Notes: generated by a model not told the origin, from the letters alone. Shown: positions 1 through 10,374, counted from the first letter of the stretch. The stretch: DNA of 64,000 bases from an uncultured Sphingobacteriales bacterium (GCA_964595485.1 CAZQQN010000006.1:7633-71632), one strand, 5' to 3'. Translations and numbers: made by a program.

Positions 1-287
1 AAAAACGTGAAGTCAAAATGTTCAACATTTCAGATAGGCGTTAGCAATCCTTTCAAAGCATATTGGTAGTTTTATAACCTAAGAATCGCAATTAAAAAAG
101 CATTAAATGGAGAAAGCCAAATAAATCACTATCTTAAACGGTATTAAAATAATATTTAATCTTCATAAAATTTCGGTTATACAATAAATAAGATCATTTT
201 AAAATTTTGTTAAAGGTTAATTTTTTTAATCGTTTTTTCTTTTTAATCTAAATATTTGTACTTTCGTAAAATATCAATTAGGGTAAT

Positions 288-2276
288 ATGCATTTTTTGA
301 CCAAGTACCTCCATAGAAGCTATGCTCCCCGATGGTTAATTTTAGGAATTGATGCCTCCATAGCCGGCTTTTCTATTTTTGTTGCCTACCTGCTGAGGTT
401 CAATTTTGAACTTAATAATGAAGAATTTGAAGGGTTTGGCTGGATTTTAACTTTACTAATTACCATTAGGGTCTTATCCTTCCGGTTTTTCCGGACCTAC
501 TCCGGAATCGTTCGGTTTTCCTCACTGGAAGACGGAAAGCGCATGTTTTATGCAGCTGCCTCGGGTTCCTTGGTGCTTATTATAGTAAATCTGATTTTTT
601 ACAATCAAAACCATCAGTTTTTAGTGCCGCTATCCGTAGTCATTATTGACTTCTTGCTTACTATTTCCTTGATGAGTGGCTTCCGGATCATGGTAAAGAT
701 AATTTACAGCTATATTGGACGTAATTCAAAAGGTAAGGTACCCACAAAAAATGTGGTTATCTATGGTGCCGGGAAATCCGGACTGATTACCAAGCGGACC
801 ATCGATACAGATGGTGAGGTGGCCTACAACCTTATGGGCTTCCTTGATGATGATGAATCAAAAAGGAGTAAAACCCTCGAAGGTGTTCATATCTACAACA
901 CCAAGAAGGATTTTGAGAAGCTTATCGGGAATCACTCGATAGATCTTTTAATTTTCTCTATCCAGGAGATCGGCGTGAATCGAAAAAGAGAGATTATTGA
1001 GTGGTGCCTCAGTAATCAAATTAAGGTTAAATCCGTGCCTCCTGCCGATAAATGGATTAACGGAGAACTGAGTTTTAATCAGATCAAGAATGCCAAAATA
1101 GAGGATTTACTGGGCAGGGAACCTATTCACCTGGACCGGCAGGAAATATCTCAAGAGATCACTAATCAAGTCGTTTTGGTTACAGGCGCCAGTGGTTCGA
1201 TAGGTTCAGAGCTGGTAAGGCAGATCATTGCTTTTAAGCCGAAAAAAATTGTATTGTTTGATATTTCTGAAACCTCGCTTAATGACACAAAGCTTGAGCT
1301 ATGCGAAAAATGGGGATTCAATGATTTTGAAGCCATCGTTGGCGATATTCGAAATTTTAACCGCATAGAAAAGGTGGTTAATTATTTCAGGCCCCATGTC
1401 ATTTTTCATGCAGCGGCTTACAAACATGTTCCATTACTCGAATCAAATCCAGCAGAAGCTGTAACTGCGAACATTTATGGTACTAAAATATTAGCTGATG
1501 TTGCTGTCAAATATGATGTCGCAAAGTTTGTAATGGTTTCTACTGATAAAGCCGTTAACCCTACCAATGTAATGGGGGCCTCTAAAAGAATAGCAGAAAT
1601 TTATATACAAGCTTTCGATCGCTTTTTAAATAGTGTTGAAAATGATAAATTCACTCGTTTCATAACCACCCGATTTGGTAATGTACTGGGTTCCAATGGG
1701 TCAGTGATACCGCGCTTCAGGCAACAGATTGAAGATGGTGGGCCGGTTACTGTTACCCATCCGGATATTTCCCGGTACTTTATGACAATTCCGGAAGCCT
1801 GTCAATTAGTACTGGAAGCCGGTTTTATTGGGGAAGGGGGAGAAATTTTCCTTTTTGATATGGGCAGATCTGTCAAGATTTATGACCTGGCAAGAAAAAT
1901 GATCAAACTGTCAGGCTTTGAACCGCAAAAGGAAATTGAAATTGCATACACCGGACTTAGGCCGGGAGAAAAGATCAAAGAGGAAGTTCTTTCTCAGCGC
2001 GAGAATACTTTGCCAACTCACCACGAAAAAATTCTGATCGCATCTGTACAAGAGTACACCTTTGAAAAAGTATCCAGAAGGATTAATCATTTAATTGATC
2101 TAGCTTTTGATAACGAAAATGATGAGCAAATTGTGAAAACAATGAAGTTGATCCTTCCTGAATACAAAAGCCGAAACTCTGCTTATGAAAGGCTTGATGA
2201 GAATTTAGGTGAAAATGTTCAAAACCTTGAGGAGTCAAGTGAGAATGGATCATCAGGAAAGCGTATTTCTATTTAG
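288..2276 (+). CDS. Membrane-anchored NDP-sugar 4,6-dehydratase/epimerase of the CapD/WbpM/PglF family (polysaccharide biosynthesis)
   Basis: 662 aa. N-terminal hydrophobic segments (4 TM). Two Rossmann-like glycine motifs (VVIYGAGKSG and VLVTGASGSIGSEL). A YxxxK-type short-chain dehydrogenase core. The architecture is typical of Polysacc_synt_2 proteins. Confidence 0.85.
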   Translation: MHFLTKYLHRSYAPRWLILGIDASIAGFSIFVAYLLRFNFELNNEEFEGFGWILTLLITIRVLSFRFFRTYSGIVRFSSLEDGKRMFYAAASGSLVLIIVNLIFYNQNHQFLVPLSVVIIDFLLTISLMSGFRIMVKIIYSYIGRNSKGKVPTKNVVIYGAGKSGLITKRTIDTDGEVAYNLMGFLDDDESKRSKTLEGVHIYNTKKDFEKLIGNHSIDLLIFSIQEIGVNRKREIIEWCLSNQIKVKSVPPADKWINGELSFNQIKNAKIEDLLGREPIHLDRQEISQEITNQVVLVTGASGSIGSELVRQIIAFKPKKIVLFDISETSLNDTKLELCEKWGFNDFEAIVGDIRNFNRIEKVVNYFRPHVIFHAAAYKHVPLLESNPAEAVTANIYGTKILADVAVKYDVAKFVMVSTDKAVNPTNVMGASKRIAEIYIQAFDRFLNSVENDKFTRFITTRFGNVLGSNGSVIPRFRQQIEDGGPVTVTHPDISRYFMTIPEACQLVLEAGFIGEGGEIFLFDMGRSVKIYDLARKMIKLSGFEPQKEIEIAYTGLRPGEKIKEEVLSQRENTLPTHHEKILIASVQEYTFEKVSRRINHLIDLAFDNENDEQIVKTMKLILPEYKSRNSAYERLDENLGENVQNLEESSENGSSGKRISI

Positions 2277-2642
2277 TGCTTTTACTTTTTAAGGCATTCT
2301 CCTCCCATTTGTTTTAAGCAATACGATTGGAACTACTTATCAATATTTTCTTCAACCATTTAACCCTTGAGGCCTAGTTTTAATTACGCTGGTTTAGTTT
2401 AGTTTCATTATGGGATCGGTTAATCGGTACTAATCATTTGAATTTTTGCCCTTTGCCTGCTTTACGGTACCTTTGGAAGTTTAGAAAATGTATGACCATT
2501 CTGCAGGAGTTAAAGCAGTTTTTTCCGTCTTATGGGTTTTCAAAATTTTTGATTTGATAGTCTGGTATTTATGGCAATAAGAATTTTGGGTCTAAACGTT
2601 AGTTAATCCATAAAATGCTCAATCAATGAGTTCTTATAAGGT

Positions 2643-3626
2643 ATGAAAATTGGTTTGTTAGGCGCTGGTCACCTGGGCCAAATCCATATGAAGTTGTTAA
2701 AAACCATCTCCTATTTTGAATTAATTGGTTTTTACGATCCGGATAAAGCCAAATCCGAGCATGCTGAAGTAACCTACCAAATTCCCGCTTATCAAAGTAT
2801 TGAAAACTTGTTAGCAGATGTTGAAGTGGTTGATATTGTAACCCCTACTTTATCTCATTTTAAATGTGCAGAGCAAGCCATCCGAAAAGGAAAGCACGTT
2901 TTTATAGAAAAGCCCATGACCAATACAGCGGAGGAAGCTGAAATCCTTCTTAAGTTGGTTCAGGAAGCAGGCATTAAGGTACAGGTTGGTCATGTAGAGC
3001 GCTACAATCCGGCTTATCTTGCCGCCCTCGAATACGAACTAAAGCCCGTATTCATTGAATCCCATCGTTTGGCAAAATTTCAGCCCAGGGGTACGGATGT
3101 TTCTGTTATATTGGATTTGATGATTCACGATATTGATATTGCGCTTAACCTGGTAGGGTCAACCATCAAATACATCTCAGCCAGTGGAGTCGGTGTAGTA
3201 AGTGATAACCCTGACATTGCCTCGGTCAGGATTGAATTTGCCAATGGAGTAGTAGCCAACTTAACTGCAAGCCGTATTTCATTAAAGCAGGAGCGCAAAA
3301 TGCGAATTTTCCAAAAATCAGCTTACGTTACCATCGATTTCCAGGACAAAAAAGCCAATGTTTTCAAAATGCGGAATAAGTCTGAATTAGGTGAAAATCC
3401 CTACTACATGGAACTCAACACTGGAGATGGAAAATCTCCTAAGGTGATTAGTTACGAATCACCTGATTCACCGGAAGTCAATGCTATTCAGATGGAGTTG
3501 GAAAGTTTCGCTGAAGCCATAAAAGAGAATAGGGAACCCCAAGTTTCCGTTGAAGATGGGTATGAGGCCCTTATGGTGGCCCATAAGATCGTTGATAAGG
3601 TGAATGCCATAAAGGTGGATGAATAA
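2643..3626 (+). CDS. Gfo/Idh/MocA family NAD(P)-dependent oxidoreductase
   Basis: 327 aa. N-terminal MKIGLLGAGHLGQIH Rossmann motif, followed by EKP and a conserved C-terminal alpha/beta domain typical of Gfo/Idh/MocA sugar dehydrogenases. Confidence 0.85.
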   Translation: MKIGLLGAGHLGQIHMKLLKTISYFELIGFYDPDKAKSEHAEVTYQIPAYQSIENLLADVEVVDIVTPTLSHFKCAEQAIRKGKHVFIEKPMTNTAEEAEILLKLVQEAGIKVQVGHVERYNPAYLAALEYELKPVFIESHRLAKFQPRGTDVSVILDLMIHDIDIALNLVGSTIKYISASGVGVVSDNPDIASVRIEFANGVVANLTASRISLKQERKMRIFQKSAYVTIDFQDKKANVFKMRNKSELGENPYYMELNTGDGKSPKVISYESPDSPEVNAIQMELESFAEAIKENREPQVSVEDGYEALMVAHKIVDKVNAIKVDE

Positions 3627-4524
3627 TATGAGAAGCCGGCTTTTAATAGGATGCCTGTTAATGGCTATGATGTTTGGCCAGTTGGGATGTAATGTTGTAG
3701 ACACGGAAGAAAAAATCCCGGGTTATATTCATATAGACTCCATGGCAGTTCAAGCGCCTGAAGATTCGGATGAAAGTATGGTTTCGCATGATATTGTTGA
3801 TGTATGGGTTAAAGTGGACAATGATTTTATAGGGGTTTTTGAATTGCCGGCTACGTTTCCAGTTTTAAAAACAGGTGAGCAAAACATTACTTTAAGAGCC
3901 GGGGTTAAGAATAATGGTATTTCCAATACAAGAGGTCAGTACCCTTTTTACTCACCAATCGATACCACGTTATCCATTAAAGCAAAACAAACAGATTCTT
4001 TAGGAACGGTTGAGACGAAATACCGTCAGAATTTACAAATTTTATGGGAAGAAGATTTTGAAGATAAAGATGATCTTACGATTAAAAACAGCGATGAAGC
4101 CAATGTCGAATTTCAAATTACCCGACAGCCCTCAGAAGTATTTGAAGGGGATGCTTCAATGAAAGCTCACTTCAAAGACCAATCCAAAAACCAACTTTTT
4201 GAGATACAGAAATCAGAACCTGTCAATTCAAAAGACATATCGCTAAGTGCCTCTACTTACCTTGAGGTTGATTTTAAAACCAATATCGAGGTAAAAATGG
4301 GTTTGATTGCAATTCCGCCGGCTGCTAGCGATATTTCTGCCAATAAGCGTAGTAAGCTAATACTTAACGAAACAAAAGATTGGCAAAAGATATATATTAA
4401 TCTGAAATCCAATTTACAGGATTTTCCACCTGATTATAATTTTCGTTTCTTCTTCGGGGCTGCTAAAAACTCTGATGGAGAAGCGACTTTTCACCTTGAT
4501 AATGTTAAGTTGATTCATGATTAA
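3619..4524 (+). CDS. Hypothetical lipoprotein embedded in the polysaccharide locus
   Basis: 301 aa. Signal peptide ending in the lipobox-like LGC. No recognisable catalytic motif. Overlaps its neighbours by 8 nt on each side, suggesting an operon. Confidence 0.5.
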   Translation: MNNMRSRLLIGCLLMAMMFGQLGCNVVDTEEKIPGYIHIDSMAVQAPEDSDESMVSHDIVDVWVKVDNDFIGVFELPATFPVLKTGEQNITLRAGVKNNGISNTRGQYPFYSPIDTTLSIKAKQTDSLGTVETKYRQNLQILWEEDFEDKDDLTIKNSDEANVEFQITRQPSEVFEGDASMKAHFKDQSKNQLFEIQKSEPVNSKDISLSASTYLEVDFKTNIEVKMGLIAIPPAASDISANKRSKLILNETKDWQKIYINLKSNLQDFPPDYNFRFFFGAAKNSDGEATFHLDNVKLIHD

Positions 4525-5944
4525 CCCGCTCAACAGACGAAGAGAACGGATTAAGTATATTATAGGAGATGCCCTGGCTTCTGCCTTTGTATGGGCTGCT
4601 TTTTTTATTTACCGGAAGGAGTACATTGAGCCGGAAACCTTTGGTTATGATATACCGATTACTTTTGACTATAATTTTTATCTGGGCATTGTTTTAGTCC
4701 CCCTTTTCTGGATCATCTTCTATGGCATACTGGGTACTTACCGGTTTATTTACCGAAAATCCCGTATTAATGAGTTGGCTAAAACCTTATCGGTAACGTT
4801 TATTGGTACCATCATTCTCTTCTTTACATTGTTGCTGGATGACTGGGTTCCTTCTTACCAGGCTTACAGGTATACTTTTTTAACCCTGTTTGCCCTTCAA
4901 TTTACAGTGCTTTACCTCGTCCGGTTTATTCTACTTACCCGTTTGAAAAATAAGCTTAAAAACCGGGAAGTAGGCTTCAATACCTTAATGGTCGGGGGTA
5001 ATGAAAAGGCTTTATCCCTTTACCAGGAATTAGAAAATGAAAAATACTCGCAAGGCTATTACTTCCTGGGATTTGTATCAGTTGAAGAAAACCCTGAGGA
5101 TAAATTAGCGCCTTACCTACCCAAATTTGGTTCCTATAAAGAATTACCGCAACTGATCAGGGAAAAGGAAGTGGATGAGGTGATCATTGCCCTTGAAAGT
5201 TCCGAGCACGACCGCATAAAGAAGATCATTTCCCTGTTGGAAGATGAGCATGTAGTGGTGAAGGTTATCCCCGATATGTACGATATCATTACCGGTATGG
5301 TTAAAATGAATTACATTTTCGGTACTGCGCTAATAGAGATCACCCCCTGGATTATGCCACAATGGCAACGCAACTTTAAAAGAATATTAGATGTAGTGGT
5401 TTCTTTATTGGTTTTGGTACTGGCCTCGCCGCTTTTCCTCGTTATCATTATCGGGATTAAACTTACCTCTAAAGGGCCTATCTTTTTTAGGCAGGAACGA
5501 ATCGGACAACATGATAAGCCTTTTTACATTTTTAAGTTCAGGACAATGTATGAAGGTGCGGAACAATCCGGTCCCCAGCTTTCCAGCGATGATGATCCGC
5601 GAGTAACACCCTTTGGTCGTTTTTTAAGAAAATACCGGCTTGATGAGTTGCCTCAGTTTTTTAACGTGCTCAAGGATGAAATGGCGCTTGTTGGACCACG
5701 ACCTGAGCGTCAGTACTATATTGACCAAATAACGGAAGTAGCGCCGCATTATAAGCACCTACTGCGGGTTAAGCCAGGTATTACGTCATGGGGTCAGGTT
5801 AAATTTGGCTATGCTGAAAATGTTGATGAAATGTTAGAAAGGCTCAAATTTGATATCCTTTATATAGAGAATATGTCCCTTGCCATGGACCTGAAGATTT
5901 TGATCTACACGGTAATGATCATTTTCAAAGGCAGTGGTAAATAA
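4517..5944 (+). CDS. Polyprenyl-phosphate glycosylphosphotransferase (WbaP/WcaJ-like bacterial sugar transferase)
   Basis: 475 aa. N-terminal TM helices. C-terminal Bac_transf signature: ILDVVVSLLVL...PIFFRQERIG...FYIFKFRTM...DELPQFFNVLKDEMALVGPRPE. Confidence 0.85.
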   Translation: MINPLNRRRERIKYIIGDALASAFVWAAFFIYRKEYIEPETFGYDIPITFDYNFYLGIVLVPLFWIIFYGILGTYRFIYRKSRINELAKTLSVTFIGTIILFFTLLLDDWVPSYQAYRYTFLTLFALQFTVLYLVRFILLTRLKNKLKNREVGFNTLMVGGNEKALSLYQELENEKYSQGYYFLGFVSVEENPEDKLAPYLPKFGSYKELPQLIREKEVDEVIIALESSEHDRIKKIISLLEDEHVVVKVIPDMYDIITGMVKMNYIFGTALIEITPWIMPQWQRNFKRILDVVVSLLVLVLASPLFLVIIIGIKLTSKGPIFFRQERIGQHDKPFYIFKFRTMYEGAEQSGPQLSSDDDPRVTPFGRFLRKYRLDELPQFFNVLKDEMALVGPRPERQYYIDQITEVAPHYKHLLRVKPGITSWGQVKFGYAENVDEMLERLKFDILYIENMSLAMDLKILIYTVMIIFKGSGK

Positions 5945-5997
5945 CATCGTCACGAATATCCCCATTAAATTGATCATACCCGCCTTTTGTGGTTTAT

Positions 5998-7695
5998 TTA
6001 GCCTGGCCGGTTTTGATTGATGATTTCCTGTATTACATAACTTATGATCAATACCGAGATACAGCCAATGAAATTAAACCATAAATACCCAACATCGGTA
6101 AACTGGTAAAGGCTTAACACCAATAGTTCGGCTACTATGGCTGCTATGAAAGCTGAATTGGCTTTGATCTTTTTGATGAAAAATGCCGTGAGGAAAATGC
6201 CTAAAATGGTTCCGTAAAAAAGGGAGCCCAGGATATTAATAGCTTCAATGAGGTTTTCGAAAAGGGAAGCTACCATTGCAAACAGAATCGCCAGTCCTCC
6301 AAATAAAAGGGTGAAAACCCGCGATGCTTTTAGGAAATGTTGCTCACCTTTTTGGCTGCCAAAGTTTCTCCGGTAAATATCGACCGTGGTGGTAGATGCT
6401 AAGGCATTCAGTTCTGCTGCTGTGGAAGACATTGCTGCTGAAAAGATGACTGCTAGCAACAAACCAACTAAACCTTTGGGGAGGTTATTGACTATAAAAT
6501 TCAGAAAAACATAATCCATGTTTTCGGTTTTGGCCGCAGGATCAGCCTTCTTGATTAAACCGGCTACTTCCTTTTCTAAGGCTTCTTTTCTGGCCAGGTG
6601 TTCTTTTACGGCATCCTCTTTTTTTTGAATTATTGGTTTATCTGCGCCGTTTTTTAGGGCAGTAGCCAAATCAAGGATCTTTTGCTTTTTCTCACCAAAG
6701 TTTTTTTGGTGTTTGGTTGTAATTTCACTTAACTCATCATCGTACTGGGATTCCTTTACTTTTTCAAGAGAAGCTTGGTTAAAATACACAGGCGGCTGGT
6801 TTACCTGGTAAAACATGAATACCAAAACACCGACCAACAGGATAAAAAATTGCATTGGGATTTTTAGTAAAGCATTAAACATAAGGCCCATGCGGCTCTG
6901 CTTAATGTTTTGGCCTGATAAATAGCGCTGCACTTGTGATTGATCAGTGCCAAAGTAGGAAAGTTGCAGGAATAAGCCACCTAAAATTCCTGCCCAAATG
7001 TTGTAACGGGAATTCATATCAAAGGAGAGATCAACCACTTCCAGTTTATCAAGTTTGCCCGCGACTTGCAGGGTATTACCAAAGGACATGTAATCACCGA
7101 GGTAACTGATTAAAATCCCAAAGGCAATGAACATCCCCAGAAATATGACAAACATCTGCTGCTTGTGAGTCTGGCTAACGGCTTTGGTCCCACCCGAAAC
7201 TGTATAGATAATCACTAACCCTCCAATGATTAAGATGGTGGTGGTTAACCCAATATCCAGAATATGGGAGAGGATAATGGCCGGAGCGTAAATAGTTAAG
7301 CCTGCTGCCAGTCCTCGCTGGATAAGAAACAGGGAAGAGGTCAGGATCCGGAGCTTAAGGTCAAAGCGGTTCTCCAGGTATTCGTAAGCTGTATATACTT
7401 TTAGCTTGTAATAAAGCGGAATGAAAACAACTGAAATGATGACCATGGCCAGGGGTAGGCCAAAGTAAAACTGCACAAAGCCCATCCCATCCTCAAAGCC
7501 TTGGCCAGGGGTGGAAAGAAATGTGATAGCGCTGGCCTGGGTAGCCATTACAGACAACCCGATGGTCCACCAGTTCATGCTTTTATTACCAAGCAAGAAA
7601 CCTTCAATATTCTGGGTACCCCTGGTTTTCCAGATACCATAGCCAACGATCAACAGTAGAGTGGCAAAAAGAACGGTCCAATCCGTAGGTGTCAT
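5998..7695 (-). CDS. Sodium:solute symporter (SSS family) with an unusually long charged loop
   Basis: 565 aa with about 13 hydrophobic helices. The SSS-like N-terminal half contains GNKSMNWWTIGLSVMATQASAITFLSTPG. A roughly 100-aa K/E-rich hydrophilic insertion sits between TM helices. The start ATG overlaps the stop of the upstream micro-ORF (ATGA). Confidence 0.85.
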   Translation of the reverse strand: MTPTDWTVLFATLLLIVGYGIWKTRGTQNIEGFLLGNKSMNWWTIGLSVMATQASAITFLSTPGQGFEDGMGFVQFYFGLPLAMVIISVVFIPLYYKLKVYTAYEYLENRFDLKLRILTSSLFLIQRGLAAGLTIYAPAIILSHILDIGLTTTILIIGGLVIIYTVSGGTKAVSQTHKQQMFVIFLGMFIAFGILISYLGDYMSFGNTLQVAGKLDKLEVVDLSFDMNSRYNIWAGILGGLFLQLSYFGTDQSQVQRYLSGQNIKQSRMGLMFNALLKIPMQFFILLVGVLVFMFYQVNQPPVYFNQASLEKVKESQYDDELSEITTKHQKNFGEKKQKILDLATALKNGADKPIIQKKEDAVKEHLARKEALEKEVAGLIKKADPAAKTENMDYVFLNFIVNNLPKGLVGLLLAVIFSAAMSSTAAELNALASTTTVDIYRRNFGSQKGEQHFLKASRVFTLLFGGLAILFAMVASLFENLIEAINILGSLFYGTILGIFLTAFFIKKIKANSAFIAAIVAELLVLSLYQFTDVGYLWFNFIGCISVLIISYVIQEIINQNRPG

Positions 7696-7880
7696 TCAAA
7701 CCATTTTGTAAATAGGTAAAGCAGGATCACTAAGAAGGCAAAAAAACCCAAAATAAAACCGTATAGCCTATTCCAGGTTTTGAAAACAGGTGGCGGGCCT
7801 ACTTCCTTTTCTACCTTCTTACGGTCATAAGCCGCATATTCTCCTTCTACCTTATTGGTTCTATCTTCTTCAGTTTCCAT
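7692..7880 (-). CDS. Small single-pass membrane protein (62 aa), translationally coupled to the SSS symporter
   Basis: Internal ATG at 7878-7880 lies just downstream of the PIG-L stop. The C-terminal segment GFILGFFAFLVILLYLF is hydrophobic. Its stop overlaps the symporter start. The longer 95-aa form in the ORF track would overlap PIG-L by 110 nt, so the start is uncertain. Confidence 0.4.
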   Translation of the reverse strand: METEEDRTNKVEGEYAAYDRKKVEKEVGPPPVFKTWNRLYGFILGFFAFLVILLYLFTKWFE

Positions 7881-10374
7881 AGGAGACCAAATTGGTAAAT
7901 AGTTTATAAGCCCCGGGTATACCGGCCGGCAATTGCCTGAAAAAGGCATAGCCTGTGTAAATAAATGCACCCTCTCCATATTCGGTAAAAATCATGCCTC
8001 CCTTTTTAGGTTCCTCTCCGGGGTCATGACTGCTTAAAAGTGGCGTATAATTTTCATCCCACTCCCCTGGAAAATACAAGCCTCTCTCCTGAACCCAACC
8101 CTGAAAATCGGCCTTAGTAATGTTGTTAGGTTCATTCAAAATGGGATGGTCCGGTTTTAGGAATTTAACAGGTGCTTTTTCAACGGTAACCCGGTCATAG
8201 GCAATTTTAAAAGGATATGGACCTATGTCTTTTGTGACAAGGTTGCGGTCTTTATTGTATTGAACAACCATGGTGCCACCGCCTTTTACATAATTCATAA
8301 GGGCATCCCGCTTAAAGTTAAGCCATTCCTTGGTATTATAAGCCCTCACACCAATGACAATAGCGTCAAAATCGGCTAAGGTGTGATCATCAAAATTATC
8401 ATCATTGAGCATCGTGATATCGTAATTCATTTGACGAAGGGCTGTAGGGACATCATCCCCGGTTCCCATGATATAACCTATGTTATCCCCTTTTTTGTCA
8501 ACATTTTCCCTTAAGAGCTTAAGCTTGGCTTTCGGAAACAGCCGTTGGGTTGGGATATGATCGTATTGGATAGTGACTATATCCCGGCTGGTTTTACTAT
8601 TGTCATTTTTGAAGTAAGCTTTCATCTCACCGCCTGACCTTTTTTCAGGAGGAATTATTTTAAAACGCAGCTTTTTAATCTCACCTTTCCCATTGATGGT
8701 TACTGAACGGGTTTTTGGTTCGGATTGCCAGCCTTCGGGTAATTCAATGCCAACCATACCGTTAACCTGGTTTTTTCGGGCTTTAACTTTGAGCTCAATG
8801 GTTTTAGGCAATTGATTGGGAAAAATCTTTGCTTTGCCTTGTGGCGAGATGGTGGCTGGCGGGCCTATTTCAAAGGCATTGTAGCGCTCTCCCTCTACAC
8901 GGTCTTCCCAACGGTACCTAACCGGTTTCGGAACATGGAATTTGATACCATCCACTGATAAAGTATAGGTCACCTTCATTGGGGTGGGCGTTTCCGGCAG
9001 GCCAATACTGGATTGGTTTTTTACCTGGTACATTCCTTCACTGAGCTTAGGCTGCCTAAGCCAATAAGGGTGTGTAAAATTGGCACCTTTCGGAATTGTT
9101 ACCTCCTTTTGTTGCTCAAGAGGCTCGTATCGGGACAGGGATTTATTAACCGGTTTGGATTTGCCGAAAGGGTATTTTATCTGCTGAACGCTCATTTCAT
9201 AACCATTCCGCTGAAGTAATTCAGATTTGATGGTAACATCACTTCCGGGAACTCCGTAGTCTCTTGGAGCAGTGGCATCAAACCAACAACCGTTAGCTGC
9301 AAGGATCAGCCGTTTGATCTGTGCTTTTTTGACACCTTTCCAGTGGTCGCTTTCAAGCTTATCCAGTGCTTTGTAGGCATTAACCAAGTGTGGGATTATT
9401 TTTTGGGGAGCCTCCGCATCAAATTGCTGAAGGGCTTTATCCAGGTGCTTACCCACTTTCTGACCATTCTGTAAACGGGTCCAATCGGTATCAATGCCAG
9501 CCATGATGCCATTATTGTTTTTATCCCCGAGAACATGTTTCATGAACTCAAGCTTTCCTCCGCGTTCCGGTGCATCACCAAATCCCTGGCTTTTATGATG
9601 GCTACTGCTCAAAGCACCCATTTCTACATAAGAATGGCCTAGCAAAGGATTAAATTTTCCAACATTCTCAGACACTAAGCCGCTTGAATCCATAGATTTT
9701 TCACTACCCCGGTAGAAGAAGTAGGAAGTGTTGAACAGCACGCGCTTGGGTTGCCATGGGTCAACATGGGCCAGCTGATCTGTAAAACGGTTTTCATCAC
9801 CAGCAGCTTTTACTGCTTGTTTAGCCAACGTTGCTGAGGCAGTGTGATGACCATGGGCATTCTCATAACCAGCTTCTGGAAAGCGGTTAATGATGATATC
9901 AGGTTTTAAGTTACGAATTACCCAAACCACATCCGATAGGACCCGCTCTTCACCCCACATATTCAGGGTTTCTTCTGTAGTCTTCGAGTAACCAAAATCA
10001 TTAGCCCTTGTGAAAAATTGAAGGCCATTATCCACTGATCTGGCACCAAGCAATTCCTGGGTTCTTAAAACCCCCATGAATTTGCCCTTCTCAGAACCTA
10101 TTAAGTTTTGGCCGCCATCGCCACGGGTTAATGAAAGATAGGCTGTTCGAAGGTTCATTTCATTGGCCAGGTAAGCTATAAGTTCGGTATTTTCATCATC
10201 AGGATGTGCTGCCAGGTACAAAACTGTTCCTAAATTATCAGCCTTTTTTAAATTGGATTTGATTTCACCAGCCTCGAGGGGTTTATAGGACTTGTGATAC
10301 TGAGCATTCAATTCGCTGGATACAAGGATACCTGTTATAAAGTTGATTAAAAGAAACAGTGTAAAACATCTCAT
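7870..10374 (-). CDS. Large PIG-L (LmbE-like) family N-acetylglucosaminyl deacetylase with a C-terminal ThuA/GATase1-like domain
   Basis: Motif AHPDDENTELIAYLANE...SLTRGDGG is diagnostic of PIG-L/LmbE zinc deacetylases. The C-terminal part contains GYIMGTGDD...FDAIVIG. The likely start is the Met of the signal peptide MRCFTLFLLINFITGILVSS (10374) rather than 10470. Confidence 0.8.
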   Translation of the reverse strand: MRCFTLFLLINFITGILVSSELNAQYHKSYKPLEAGEIKSNLKKADNLGTVLYLAAHPDDENTELIAYLANEMNLRTAYLSLTRGDGGQNLIGSEKGKFMGVLRTQELLGARSVDNGLQFFTRANDFGYSKTTEETLNMWGEERVLSDVVWVIRNLKPDIIINRFPEAGYENAHGHHTASATLAKQAVKAAGDENRFTDQLAHVDPWQPKRVLFNTSYFFYRGSEKSMDSSGLVSENVGKFNPLLGHSYVEMGALSSSHHKSQGFGDAPERGGKLEFMKHVLGDKNNNGIMAGIDTDWTRLQNGQKVGKHLDKALQQFDAEAPQKIIPHLVNAYKALDKLESDHWKGVKKAQIKRLILAANGCWFDATAPRDYGVPGSDVTIKSELLQRNGYEMSVQQIKYPFGKSKPVNKSLSRYEPLEQQKEVTIPKGANFTHPYWLRQPKLSEGMYQVKNQSSIGLPETPTPMKVTYTLSVDGIKFHVPKPVRYRWEDRVEGERYNAFEIGPPATISPQGKAKIFPNQLPKTIELKVKARKNQVNGMVGIELPEGWQSEPKTRSVTINGKGEIKKLRFKIIPPEKRSGGEMKAYFKNDNSKTSRDIVTIQYDHIPTQRLFPKAKLKLLRENVDKKGDNIGYIMGTGDDVPTALRQMNYDITMLNDDNFDDHTLADFDAIVIGVRAYNTKEWLNFKRDALMNYVKGGGTMVVQYNKDRNLVTKDIGPYPFKIAYDRVTVEKAPVKFLKPDHPILNEPNNITKADFQGWVQERGLYFPGEWDENYTPLLSSHDPGEEPKKGGMIFTEYGEGAFIYTGYAFFRQLPAGIPGAYKLFTNLVSYGN

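Noticed and set aside
1166-1366. 66-aa antisense ORF inside the CapD-like gene
   Set aside because: It is fully embedded antisense to a well-supported coding region. Its low-complexity translation is typical of a shadow ORF.
7692-7979. 95-aa version of the micro-ORF starting at 7979
   Set aside because: That start would overlap the PIG-L gene by 110 nt. The internal ATG at 7880 gives a compact 62-aa protein 5 nt after the PIG-L stop, so I preferred it.
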